A DNA stretch of 64,000 nt from a virus. Under the pieces are notes generated by a model that saw only the letters and a program-made list of their open reading frames with translations, did not search any database and was not told the DNA's origin. A program made the translations under genes and the position numbers. Each line of letters begins with the position of its first letter. Position 1 is the first letter of the stretch. Below are positions 20,365-29,269 of this stretch, in pieces. The stretch lies in the IMG/VR virus record IMGVR_UViG_3300017763_004709, positions 11,829 to 75,828 of that record; one strand, written 5' to 3'.

Positions 20365-20394
20365 AGTATATAGTATAGAAGGCCTAAGTGTCAA
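20365..20394 (-). promoter_or_regulatory. sigma70-type promoter
   Basis: TTGACA ... TATACT upstream of the D2-like gene. Confidence 0.65.
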
Positions 20395-20402
20395 TATATA
20401 AT

Positions 20403-20723
20403 TTAATTAATCTGATACTTATACTCTTCCATCATAAAATATAAGTCATTACTTAACTCTCTAACTAGTCCTGTTTTTGTGTACACACAGGTAAAAGAGT
20501 CTGCTATTTCTTCGTCTTGTCTAAACACATATTCTAATGCAAAACTAGCATTATATGCTTTAATTAGCCCTTCAAACTCTTCCGCTGATTCTACATCTGG
20601 ATAAAATCTCTTTATTAAGTTGGTAAAGTACATTATCTTATCTTCTCCAGACATATTTAAAATATCTTGAAGTACTTTGTCAGGTAGATTATGTAAAAAT
20701 AAAGAACTGTCACTATTACTCAT
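20403..20723 (-). CDS. hypothetical protein
   Basis: ORF; start moved downstream of the terminator. Confidence 0.6.
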   Translation of the reverse strand: MSNSDSSLFLHNLPDKVLQDILNMSGEDKIMYFTNLIKRFYPDVESAEEFEGLIKAYNASFALEYVFRQDEEIADSFTCVYTKTGLVRELSNDLYFMMEEYKYQIN

Positions 20724-20736
20724 TTCGTTATCCCAT

Positions 20737-20767
20737 AAAAAAGGGCACGACAATTGCTTGCCGTGCC
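20737..20767 (-). terminator. intrinsic terminator after the D5-like gene
   Basis: GGCACGGCAA-GCAA-TTGTCGTGCC then CTTTTTT on minus strand. Confidence 0.8.
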
Positions 20768-20793
20768 AGTTATTGCAGTTAGTAATATAACTC

Positions 20794-21489
20794 TTAGGCT
20801 TCTAAAGCTTTTGGAGTATAATCTGTTGCAGAAATTCCGCGACGAGTTAACACAGTTTTAACACCGCGCTCACTTTTGCCAAATTGATCTGCTAACTCTG
20901 CAACACTCATACTGGTTGCCATATCTTCAATTCCTTCATAGGAATCGCTCTTAGCTGCTTTTTTATCACGCTGAGGTGCTTTAAGCTGCATAGAAAGAAG
21001 CTTTCCGCGAACGGAGTTTACAGATTTGCCAAGGGCATCTGCAATATCTTCTAAGAAAGCGCCCGAACCTGCCATATCAGAAATCTGAGCTTCTTCCGCC
21101 TCTGAATAGGTGCGTGGAGCTACTTTTTTCTCAGCTGGTTTAATATGAGCTGTCATTTCTAATGAAAGAGCCTTGCCGTTAACTTGACGAGAAGTTACTT
21201 CACGACCCCACTCACCAGTAAAGTGAGCTGCAATTTCTTCCGCAGTGTGTACACCGCTATTGCCTTCTAGAAATGAGGTTAAAGCGGCTGTTTCGTCTGC
21301 ATCAAATGCAGGAGCTGCTTTAGGTTTTGTTGGAACGTCGTAACCAAGTTTACGAAGTTTTGCCGTTACAGAACGACGAGGAAAGTCAAACTCATCGCAA
21401 AGAGCGATAATAGTATCTTCCGTAATGCCGCCTGCGCATACTTGCTCCATACGAGCAACCATGTCTTCAGTATATTCAAATTTTGCCAT
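20794..21489 (-). CDS. T5 D5-like multi-HTH DNA-binding protein
   Basis: RSVTAKLRKLG, GKALSLEMT, SVRGKLLS, GKSERGVK..L.RRG repeats as in T5 D5. Confidence 0.85.
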   Translation of the reverse strand: MAKFEYTEDMVARMEQVCAGGITEDTIIALCDEFDFPRRSVTAKLRKLGYDVPTKPKAAPAFDADETAALTSFLEGNSGVHTAEEIAAHFTGEWGREVTSRQVNGKALSLEMTAHIKPAEKKVAPRTYSEAEEAQISDMAGSGAFLEDIADALGKSVNSVRGKLLSMQLKAPQRDKKAAKSDSYEGIEDMATSMSVAELADQFGKSERGVKTVLTRRGISATDYTPKALEA

Positions 21490-21559
21490 TTTTATTCCCC
21501 TCTGGTTTCAAATGTTTTGTGTTATTAATAAATGTGAAACTTTTTGTTTCGATAAGATG

Positions 21560-21588
21560 ATATTATCAAATATCAGTATACTTAGCAA
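21560..21588 (-). promoter_or_regulatory. sigma70-type promoter
   Basis: TTGCTA-17-TAATAT. Confidence 0.6.
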
Positions 21589-21663
21589 GAAAAATATGAA
21601 AGTGTTTTTGTTTTTTGGTTGTTATTTTATAAATTGCTAAATTCATATATTTGTAATTTTATC

Positions 21664-21978
21664 TTATATTACTATCTTACCTTTTAAAGCATCAACAAGC
21701 AACTCTAAATTTGCTTTTTTTGTCAGGTTTAGACCTTCTATTTCAATTTCTAACATTTCTTCTATGTCTCTAATCATAGTTTTTACGCTACGCTTATCTT
21801 CTTTTTCTTCTTCTGGTTTTCTGTATATCTTCATTTGAACCAGTTTACTTATTACACTTCTGTGTCCTTTTTTAAAGTGATCTGCTACGTCATATACGTC
21901 TAGTCCTTGATCTACATATAATCTTGTTAGAATCTCTTCTTCTTCATCACTCCAGGCTTTATTAGATTTAGTAGCCAT
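21664..21978 (-). CDS. T5 D3-like HTH protein
   Basis: W..EE...L..LY, SVISKL....IY. Confidence 0.6.
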   Translation of the reverse strand: MATKSNKAWSDEEEEILTRLYVDQGLDVYDVADHFKKGHRSVISKLVQMKIYRKPEEEKEDKRSVKTMIRDIEEMLEIEIEGLNLTKKANLELLVDALKGKIVI

Positions 21979-22262
21979 TAAGATTCTCCTTCATCTTCAA
22001 ATAATTCTAGTTGTTTACTTTTAATCTTACTTAAATAAGTTTTGGTAAGTATATCTCCCGCCTTGTCTAGAAGGTGAGCAGCCATATCTACAAATTCGGG
22101 TCTTAAAGCTAATCCCTTTTTAGTAGGGAACCAGTTACCCGTATCTCCGTCTCTCATATACTCTCTTATATGAATATACTCTTGACCTCTAAATTCGTTT
22201 ATAGTTATTTTTATAGCTTTATCTTCTGTTATATAACCTACAAAACCTAAATCAATTTCCAT
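21978..22262 (-). CDS. PC4/p15-like ssDNA-binding protein
   Basis: INEFRGQEYIHIREY...W.PTKKGLAL. Confidence 0.88.
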   Translation of the reverse strand: MEIDLGFVGYITEDKAIKITINEFRGQEYIHIREYMRDGDTGNWFPTKKGLALRPEFVDMAAHLLDKAGDILTKTYLSKIKSKQLELFEDEGES

Positions 22263-23385
22263 GAACTCTTTTTATCCTTGGATAATCATGTATCTTTTTA
22301 AGAGCATGATTATACATAATTCCTGCTTCTTCCCAGTTTTTTATTTTACTACTTTTAGGAATAGCACGTTTCTTCGTATCGTATAACATTTTCATTTTAG
22401 ATATCAAGTCTTGAACTTCTGGTTCTACTAACCAAGTATGAGAGCCCATTAAGTTAAAGCTATCTCCTGGTTTCCCTGCAAAAATATTATTAATGTCTAC
22501 GATTTTTTGAGAAGACTTTATTTTATAATCTGTAACAAATTCATCAGTACAGCCTCCTCCAGTAACTAAAGGAATAGTCCCACAAGCTATTGCTTCTTGA
22601 ACAGGCATTCCAAAACCCTCTCCTCTATAAGGATGAACTAGTACGTCCACACTTCTATATAAATCTGCCATATCTTTTTCTGAATAAGGATCATCTATAT
22701 AAGTTATTTTAGCTAAGCTATTAGTGTACTGTAGTTTAATTAATTGTTCTTGTAAGGCTGTTTTTCCATAAACTTGAGGGGTGTCTTTTACTATAAGCTC
22801 TACATTATCTTCTTTTTTAAATGTATTAGCCCATGCTTGTAGTAATATATCAAAACCTTTTCTATATTGATCACATCCTACAAATAAGAAAGTATATTTA
22901 TCTCTTTTAGGAGTATCTCTGTCTACATAAAAGATACTTGGATCATATCCTATAGGTATACAAAAAAGCCTTTCTGGGTTAATACCGCCTTCTTGATATA
23001 CTGCACCTGTCCAGCGAGTAAAAGTAATAAGAGCATCTGCAAAAGTTTCAAATTTGTATTGCCACTCAAAAGGCACTTTTGTAAACTCCCAAGGCTGTAT
23101 ATATACTACTTTTGTATCATTAGAATGAGGCCATCTCCATATAGGAGGATAACTATGCCTTATTTGTATATCAGGAACTACAGCAGTCTCCTCTTTAGGA
23201 AGTAAATTTTCTAAGTTTTGTAATGTTTCTTGGCTAAGTTTAGCCTCTGAAGTAAAACTATCTATAGGAGAAATAACTACATTGTTATACTTAGATAATT
23301 CAATAGCTAAGTACCTATTTACAATAGACAAAGAGTGGTTATCATAAAATTTACCTATAATTTCTAAATTCATATTATTTTGCAT
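22252..23385 (-). CDS. GT-B glycosyltransferase (GT4-like)
   Basis: FLFVG...RKG.D, PYRGEGFGMPVQEAIACG. Confidence 0.9.
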   Translation of the reverse strand: MQNNMNLEIIGKFYDNHSLSIVNRYLAIELSKYNNVVISPIDSFTSEAKLSQETLQNLENLLPKEETAVVPDIQIRHSYPPIWRWPHSNDTKVVYIQPWEFTKVPFEWQYKFETFADALITFTRWTGAVYQEGGINPERLFCIPIGYDPSIFYVDRDTPKRDKYTFLFVGCDQYRKGFDILLQAWANTFKKEDNVELIVKDTPQVYGKTALQEQLIKLQYTNSLAKITYIDDPYSEKDMADLYRSVDVLVHPYRGEGFGMPVQEAIACGTIPLVTGGGCTDEFVTDYKIKSSQKIVDINNIFAGKPGDSFNLMGSHTWLVEPEVQDLISKMKMLYDTKKRAIPKSSKIKNWEEAGIMYNHALKKIHDYPRIKRVHGN

Positions 23386-24202
23386 ACATAATCACCGCTT
23401 GTTCTTTACAATAGTTTAGTAGGTCTTTTTCTTTAATTTTTAATAGAGACTCCCATTGAGGGCCCATATTGCTAGTTTTAAAGTTTTTTAACTGTGTGTA
23501 GTTGTTAATATCTACTTTAGCTTGTATATCATAAAACGGGTCTTGTTTACTCTCAATACTGTGTCCAAAGTTATTAATTTTTAAATCTAATTCATTTTCT
23601 GGTCTACAGAAGCTCCAATGTAATATAGCCAAAGGAGATTGAATTCTCTTTTGATTATTAGTCCATCTACAATAATTAAATGTATTATGTTTTAAAGTAG
23701 TAAAACCTTGAACTTCATTATTAGGAATACTCTTTCTATCCTCTTTTGATATCACTAGTATTTCACCGTCTCCAACTCTTTTATAAGGCAAAACCCAATA
23801 AAACATTAAGTCTACATCATAATTCTCTACTATAGGACAAAACTTATTAAAAAAGTCATCTGCATTTATTAGTATTTCATCAGCATCAAAAGAAAAAATC
23901 CAATCGTTAGAACATTGCTCTTTTAAAAAGTTTCTTTCATAGTTATCATTTTCAATAGGTACAGCGCTTCTATGAAAGTTTCCTTCTACTACTTCTATTT
24001 TATTATCGCCATCAATACTACTTAGCTCTTTCCATAACTTATCTTCATCAAAAGAAAACTTATTACCGCTCCAAGATATTCTATCTTTATCTAATCCTAA
24101 TATTATTTCATCTACATAGTTATAATAACTTTTTATAGAACTTACTAAATAACTAGCATCGTAAGATATTAGACTGATTACACTTTTTTTACGCATTTTC
24201 AA
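23375..24202 (-). CDS. GT-A glycosyltransferase (GT2-like)
   Basis: VDEII, ERN, DWIFSFDADE. Confidence 0.8.
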   Translation of the reverse strand: MKMRKKSVISLISYDASYLVSSIKSYYNYVDEIILGLDKDRISWSGNKFSFDEDKLWKELSSIDGDNKIEVVEGNFHRSAVPIENDNYERNFLKEQCSNDWIFSFDADEILINADDFFNKFCPIVENYDVDLMFYWVLPYKRVGDGEILVISKEDRKSIPNNEVQGFTTLKHNTFNYCRWTNNQKRIQSPLAILHWSFCRPENELDLKINNFGHSIESKQDPFYDIQAKVDINNYTQLKNFKTSNMGPQWESLLKIKEKDLLNYCKEQAVIMYAK

Positions 24203-24959
24203 CTACTCTGTCTACTGTTTCAAATTCTTTTTTGCCTATCCATTTATCCATGAATATTGATCTATTTATAGACCATTTTTCTTGAAGATTCGGATTTTGA
24301 GCTAATAGTCTTTTGTTATCTTTTCCTTCAAAATGAAGTAACGGAATACCCGTTTGATAAATTTTATGGCCAGCGCGGCGGGCAGAAAGACACCAATCCA
24401 CATCACGATAGTAAGTCCAATAGAACTCAGGATCAAAATTACCAACGGAATTCCTAACAGAAGCTTTGAGGTAAACTCCGCCCATAGTAACCCAGGCAAC
24501 TTCTCTGACTTTGTCGTATTGGCCCTCATCGATTTCCAATTCTTGATTTGCTTTTCCATCATAGAGGTTAAGTCCTCCTCCGAAATGTACTGCTTCACCA
24601 TTTTTACTAAATCTCCCACCAGCGTGCTGAATTATATATTTATTTTCCTCAGTTTTTTGAGGATATAAAAGTTTCATTCCAAATATATCAGCTTCTGGAT
24701 ATTTAACTACAGTATTTATTAATTCTGTATACCATTTATTTTCTGTATCCTCTTGAAGAGGCAACATATCTGCATGTAATATAATTACATCTCTATGCTT
24801 ATGTTTATTCCATAGATACTGATAAGCCATATCACTGCCTATCTGACCTGTATCTTGCCAAAACTCATATTCAAGCTTCCATCCAAGGGCGGCTTTTAAT
24901 TGTTGTATCTCTTGTTCAAATAAATAAGGAACTATAATAATAGGATTAGGAGTTGTCAT
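24189..24959 (-). CDS. GT2 glycosyltransferase
   Basis: G.KLLYP..IQHAG, VG.FD..F..YY.DVDWC..A...G. Confidence 0.85.
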   Translation of the reverse strand: MTTPNPIIIVPYLFEQEIQQLKAALGWKLEYEFWQDTGQIGSDMAYQYLWNKHKHRDVIILHADMLPLQEDTENKWYTELINTVVKYPEADIFGMKLLYPQKTEENKYIIQHAGGRFSKNGEAVHFGGGLNLYDGKANQELEIDEGQYDKVREVAWVTMGGVYLKASVRNSVGNFDPEFYWTYYRDVDWCLSARRAGHKIYQTGIPLLHFEGKDNKRLLAQNPNLQEKWSINRSIFMDKWIGKKEFETVDRVVENA

Positions 24960-25935
24960 TATAAATATCTAACCAATTTTTAAATTCGTCTAATACGCTC
25001 TCAGCGCTATGAGTTTTAGTACAAGCAAAACTAGTACTAGTATGGGGGCAATGTCTGGGCCAAAAAGTAAAGTTAGCTGTGGGATTGCCAGGCTCTGTGT
25101 TAGTATCGGCATCTTTACTTAGTTTAGGAACTACACACTTAAAATCTCCACAATGATTATTAGTAGACGGTTTTATAGTTTTATGATATCCATCAGAATA
25201 AAACTCAGGACTATCGTACTCTGTAGGAAACACACTAGGAATACTAATAGTATTTACGTCCATAGCTGCCGAAGCATGCACTAAAGATCCTAAAGGAGAT
25301 ATAAATAAGTTTTGACGCTTTAATATCTGTAAAGATTGATATAAATTAAAATTTCCACACTCTATGCCTAAAAAAGATAGCTCATGTTCTATATTTTTAT
25401 TAGTCAGTATCTCTCTTATGCCTTGTATTATATCTAATCTCATTGTTTCTGACTGTAATTTTCTATTCCAGTCTAAAGGGCCTGACATACCTATTCTTAA
25501 TATTTTATCATCAGGCTTAACAGAGTCTATGTTTAGTATGGTGTTACCGTCTAAAAACTGATCTTCGGTAATGTATTCTTTTATAGGTAAATTAGCACTC
25601 TTAGAAATTCCTAAATCTGAAAACCACCGCCAGTGTAAAAACATTTTATCTACTTTTTTAAACTGATCTTCGCTTTTATTTAAGTTTACGTTTTTTACTT
25701 GACCTCTATTATCAAATTCTATTAATCCTATAGAATCTAACCAAGGCTGTTTACTAATAACTTCTAAAACTTCTGATATACCACTAGGTTGTTCATGAGT
25801 AGTAAGCATAAAATTACTTCTTAAACAATAACTTACTAAATGATCAGGGTTATTTTCTTTATATCTTCTAGCAGCATTTATGCCTAGAATTACGTCTCCG
25901 AATGCTTGTGTGTTTGCAAATAGTACATGAGTCAT
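24946..25935 (-). CDS. GT9/heptosyltransferase-like protein with C-terminal four-Cys cluster
   Basis: AFGDVIL N-terminus, FIS..GS.VHASAAMDV, C....C...CP.....FACT. Confidence 0.6.
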   Translation of the reverse strand: MTHVLFANTQAFGDVILGINAARRYKENNPDHLVSYCLRSNFMLTTHEQPSGISEVLEVISKQPWLDSIGLIEFDNRGQVKNVNLNKSEDQFKKVDKMFLHWRWFSDLGISKSANLPIKEYITEDQFLDGNTILNIDSVKPDDKILRIGMSGPLDWNRKLQSETMRLDIIQGIREILTNKNIEHELSFLGIECGNFNLYQSLQILKRQNLFISPLGSLVHASAAMDVNTISIPSVFPTEYDSPEFYSDGYHKTIKPSTNNHCGDFKCVVPKLSKDADTNTEPGNPTANFTFWPRHCPHTSTSFACTKTHSAESVLDEFKNWLDIYNDNS

Positions 25936-26963
25936 TTATTAAATAGCCTATCTGTCCATGTTTTAGGTGTTTTATCATTTATTATTTCTAAATCTATATG
26001 ATAATCAAAGTCTCTAGTAGTTTGGTCTCTCATCCACACCACAGTATCTCTTATAGTTTCTTCAATATCTGTGTCTGCTTTATAGTTTAGTACGTCCTCT
26101 GCCTTATCAGTAGATACCCAAGCATTTTTTACTTCTCTAGGTCTTTCAGGAACAAAGTTTATTTCTGCAGTTTTGTTAAAATATTTAGCTACTTTATTTG
26201 CTAGTGCTGCTATAGAAGTTTCGGTTCCATGGCTAGGACCTATATTAAATACTTCTTTGCTTTCTATTTTATCTCTTTTATTATAAACTGTTACAAAAGC
26301 TTCTACACAATCTTTTACATGAGAAAAAGATCTTTTTTGTGTTCCGTCACCATAAATATATACAGGTTTATCTTTAGATATTAGATTTGCAAAAATACTC
26401 ATAACGTTTCTAAAAGGATCACTATAGCACTGATGAGGGCCGCACACATTATGAGGAACCATATGAAATACTTTTATTCCATGAATGTCACTCATTAAAT
26501 TTAAATGCTGCTCTGCGTGTAATTTAGCTAAGCCATAAGGATCTACAGGATTAGGAGTATGATCTTCTTGAAAAGGAGGATTTCCTTCGCCATATCTTGC
26601 CATAGAAGTGGTATTTATAAACATAGGTACATTATTACTTACAGAAGCACTACACACAGAAGCTGTTCCTGCATATATGTTCTCAACTATTTTTTTAGGA
26701 GAAAAAACACTTAATCCTTCGTGGGCTAAAGCAGCACAGTGTATTACAAGCACAGGAGAGTAAATACCCATTACATTAGACAGCTCTTTAGTATCTAGTA
26801 TGTCTTGCTCATAATAAAAAAAGTTTTTATTATCAGGCATGTTGGTTATATAGCCACCTATTAAAGAGTCTATACCTATTACTCTGTACCCTAACTCTAA
26901 ATACTTATAACATAGATGACTACCTATTAATCCTGCAGATCCTGTAATTACAACTGATTCCAT
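25932..26963 (-). CDS. NAD-dependent nucleotide-sugar epimerase/dehydratase
   Basis: TGSAGLIG, YGLAK, GDGTQKRSF.HV.D. Confidence 0.93.
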   Translation of the reverse strand: MESVVITGSAGLIGSHLCYKYLELGYRVIGIDSLIGGYITNMPDNKNFFYYEQDILDTKELSNVMGIYSPVLVIHCAALAHEGLSVFSPKKIVENIYAGTASVCSASVSNNVPMFINTTSMARYGEGNPPFQEDHTPNPVDPYGLAKLHAEQHLNLMSDIHGIKVFHMVPHNVCGPHQCYSDPFRNVMSIFANLISKDKPVYIYGDGTQKRSFSHVKDCVEAFVTVYNKRDKIESKEVFNIGPSHGTETSIAALANKVAKYFNKTAEINFVPERPREVKNAWVSTDKAEDVLNYKADTDIEETIRDTVVWMRDQTTRDFDYHIDLEIINDKTPKTWTDRLFNK

Positions 26964-27721
26964 ACGTCATTCCAATCTACTAAGGGGGTTACACAATTAT
27001 CTTGTAGGTGTGTAGCAGTTCCAGGTAAAGGACAAACAGCTACATTCTGTCTAAAAGCTTTCCAGGTCCAAGAGTCGTCTGAAAACAAACCTGCTTGAAG
27101 TATAGAAAACTTAAAAGGTAAGAATGTTTTTCCTTTTGCGGCTAAAGTTAAAGTAGCACTGCTAACTGTTTTTAAGTGACAGTCAGGTCCTACTAATACT
27201 TCTACTGTTCTGTCTTTATCAAAATACCTATCTGGATAGTCATAAGGCAAATAAAAACCTTCATACCCTGCTTTAAAAACATTTTTCATAGTTTTTATGG
27301 CAGTTTTAGTATGAAGGTAATCGTCTTCGCATAAATATATTAGCTCTTCAGTATTTGCTTCTGCTATTTCTATTAAATTTTCCATTAACGGAATACAAGT
27401 ATTTATTGTAACAGGATGATACTGAGGATAAGGATGCTCCCCAAATGGGGGTACTTCAGTTCTGTTAGGTATATCTTTTATTTCTAATTTAGTAGGTATA
27501 GAGCAGGTTTCTCGCATCCAAGATTTAGTTTCTTCAGTAACTGTATCTGCTAATACTATAATCTTATCGTCCCAGCCTTCTAAATCTTGTTGTAAAGAAA
27601 GCCAACATTTTCTAAAGATTTCATCTTTCTTTTTTCCATTCCATCTAGCTTTATCTTGTGAGCCGTCTGATATACTTCCTGGAGACTTATTAGCTTCTGA
27701 AGCTCTATATATTATTATCAT
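26948..27721 (-). CDS. putative GT-A glycosyltransferase
   Basis: IYLCEDDYLH, YDYPDRY, C.P.PG.ATH; within glycan operon. Confidence 0.65.
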   Translation of the reverse strand: MIIIYRASEANKSPGSISDGSQDKARWNGKKKDEIFRKCWLSLQQDLEGWDDKIIVLADTVTEETKSWMRETCSIPTKLEIKDIPNRTEVPPFGEHPYPQYHPVTINTCIPLMENLIEIAEANTEELIYLCEDDYLHTKTAIKTMKNVFKAGYEGFYLPYDYPDRYFDKDRTVEVLVGPDCHLKTVSSATLTLAAKGKTFLPFKFSILQAGLFSDDSWTWKAFRQNVAVCPLPGTATHLQDNCVTPLVDWNDVWNQL

Positions 27722-28314
27722 TTTGTTACTTTTTTTCTTGAGAAATTTCTATATTCATCAATAATACTTATAATATAAGGATCTAAAGGTTCTATACCTT
27801 CTCTTACAAATTTTTCTATTTCGTCTTTTTGATTATTATTAAAGTTACTTTTATAAATAGAAGAACGATATACTCCTCTTGTTTTAGAAGGATTACCAAA
27901 CACTTTAGAGAAAGGTTTTACATCTTTTATTATGGGCGAAAATGTTCCTATAAAAGAATGACTACCTACTGTAGAGTAATTTTGTATATGAGCATTATAC
28001 TCTATATAAACATTATTTTGAATAACACTATGAAAACCTAAGTAACAACAACCTGTTATAGTATTATTATTGCCTATCAAAGTATCACTATTAATAGTAG
28101 TACTTGGGCCTATATAATTGCCACTTCCTATAACAGTATTCTCTCTGTAACCAGTTGCGCAGTTAATAACACATGCTGAAAGTATGGTATTGTTTTTACC
28201 TAGAGATATTCCATATTTATCATCTTTTACTAAAAACACCACTGAAGGGTCAATAGTATTAGAAGAATCTATAGAAAATTCTATAATAGCTTTGGAGGCA
28301 GAGTATACTTTCAT
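27718..28314 (-). CDS. hexapeptide-repeat (LpxA-like) acyltransferase
   Basis: IG.N hexapeptide repeats; KDV.PF..V.GNP. Confidence 0.75.
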   Translation of the reverse strand: MKVYSASKAIIEFSIDSSNTIDPSVVFLVKDDKYGISLGKNNTILSACVINCATGYRENTVIGSGNYIGPSTTINSDTLIGNNNTITGCCYLGFHSVIQNNVYIEYNAHIQNYSTVGSHSFIGTFSPIIKDVKPFSKVFGNPSKTRGVYRSSIYKSNFNNNQKDEIEKFVREGIEPLDPYIISIIDEYRNFSRKKVTK

Positions 28315-28336
28315 AGTGCTATTCAAAATAATGAGT

Positions 28337-28595
28337 GTCACTTTTTCTGTTGCTAGGCAAGTGACCAGCCCCCTTAATCATGCAGCTAGTGCGTAATTAG
28401 ATGGTGCAAAGTTATCGTTTGCGTTTGTAGTTTTTGGCTGAATATCGTAGGCCAACACGGTAATCTACTCTCATCTCTACACACCTGTCGATCCTAGTTC
28501 AGCCCCATAAGAAACACACTTATCTTAATGTGTTTATGGTGGAGCTGTCGGGTACTGCCCCCGAGTCCAGTATGTATGTTGAATTGTATCAACGA
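28337..28595 (-). ncRNA. ssrA: tmRNA, circularly permuted two-piece (alphaproteobacterial type); tag ANDNFAPSNYALAA
   Basis: Acceptor piece ...GGACTCGGGGGCAGTACCCGACAGCTCCACCA (ends 28537) precedes a 30-nt spacer and the coding piece GGGGCTGAA..GGATCGAC (starts 28506); tag ORF 28422-28378; PK1 and terminal pseudoknot pair; outer ends approximate. Confidence 0.95.
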
Positions 28596-28633
28596 TTACA
28601 AAAAAGAGGTTTAAAACGATAGATGTATCGAAG

Positions 28634-28753
28634 TTAGTGACCCCTTAATTCCTTATTTATTTTTTGTCTTGTTTTCTTATTAGATAGTTGTTTTAGTTTC
28701 TTTTTCCATGCCCTAGATAGTGCATGAGGTATTACGCCGTTTTTAGGATTCAT
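28634..28753 (-). CDS. 39-aa basic protein (absent from ORF track)
   Basis: MNPKNGVIPHALSRAWKKKLKQLSNKKTRQKINKELRGH; AGGAG SD. Confidence 0.5.
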   Translation of the reverse strand: MNPKNGVIPHALSRAWKKKLKQLSNKKTRQKINKELRGH

Positions 28754-28763
28754 TTTTATACTC

Positions 28764-28931
28764 CTATAAAGAAACTATGCTAGTACTTCCTTTTTCCTTA
28801 TTAATAATCTTACTATTATACTTTCTAAGCCTATTAAACTGGCTAGGCCGTCTATAGGGTGCAAACTTTAAAGGATTATTATGGAGTTTTTCTACAGCTT
28901 CATTGATAATTTTATCTTTTTCAGTATTCAT
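28764..28931 (-). CDS. 55-aa hypothetical protein (absent from ORF track)
   Basis: MNTEKDKIINEAVEKLHNNP...; follows a TTGCTA-17-TAATAT promoter at about 28960-28988. Confidence 0.45.
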   Translation of the reverse strand: MNTEKDKIINEAVEKLHNNPLKFAPYRRPSQFNRLRKYNSKIINKEKGSTSIVSL

Positions 28932-29002
28932 GCGTTACTCTCTTTTTTATTATATAGTTAATATTAACACTAAAAATAGTAGTTAGCAACAAAAATTTAA
29001 AT

Positions 29003-29269
29003 TTAAGATTTGGAGTTTGGTGTATTTTTTTGCTTCTTTGTGTAGCCTGCTTTTCTTTCTAACTTTTGCATAAGAGCTTGTCTTTTAGCTTCTGCTTTTC
29101 TGTACCTAGCTTTACCAGCTTTTTTAGCTTCTCTAAGTTTTTCAGATTTAGAAACATAGTAACTTTGTCTTTTAGCATCTGTATAGAACCCATCGGCATT
29201 TAGTTTTCTCATCATAATTTTATATGCTTTAGAGACATCATTATTATATTTTTTTATACTTATTTTCAT
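29003..29269 (-). CDS. rpsU: ribosomal protein bS21 homologue
   Basis: MKISIKKYNNDVSKAYKIMMRKL..G.....KR..YY...SEK.R; TAATG-coupled start. Confidence 0.8.
   Translation of the reverse strand: MKISIKKYNNDVSKAYKIMMRKLNADGFYTDAKRQSYYVSKSEKLREAKKAGKARYRKAEAKRQALMQKLERKAGYTKKQKNTPNSKS

Noticed and set aside
28337-28595. tmRNA or tRNAs as a prophage attachment site or host boundary
   Set aside because: Phage-type genes on both sides, no integrase and no duplicated 3' fragment
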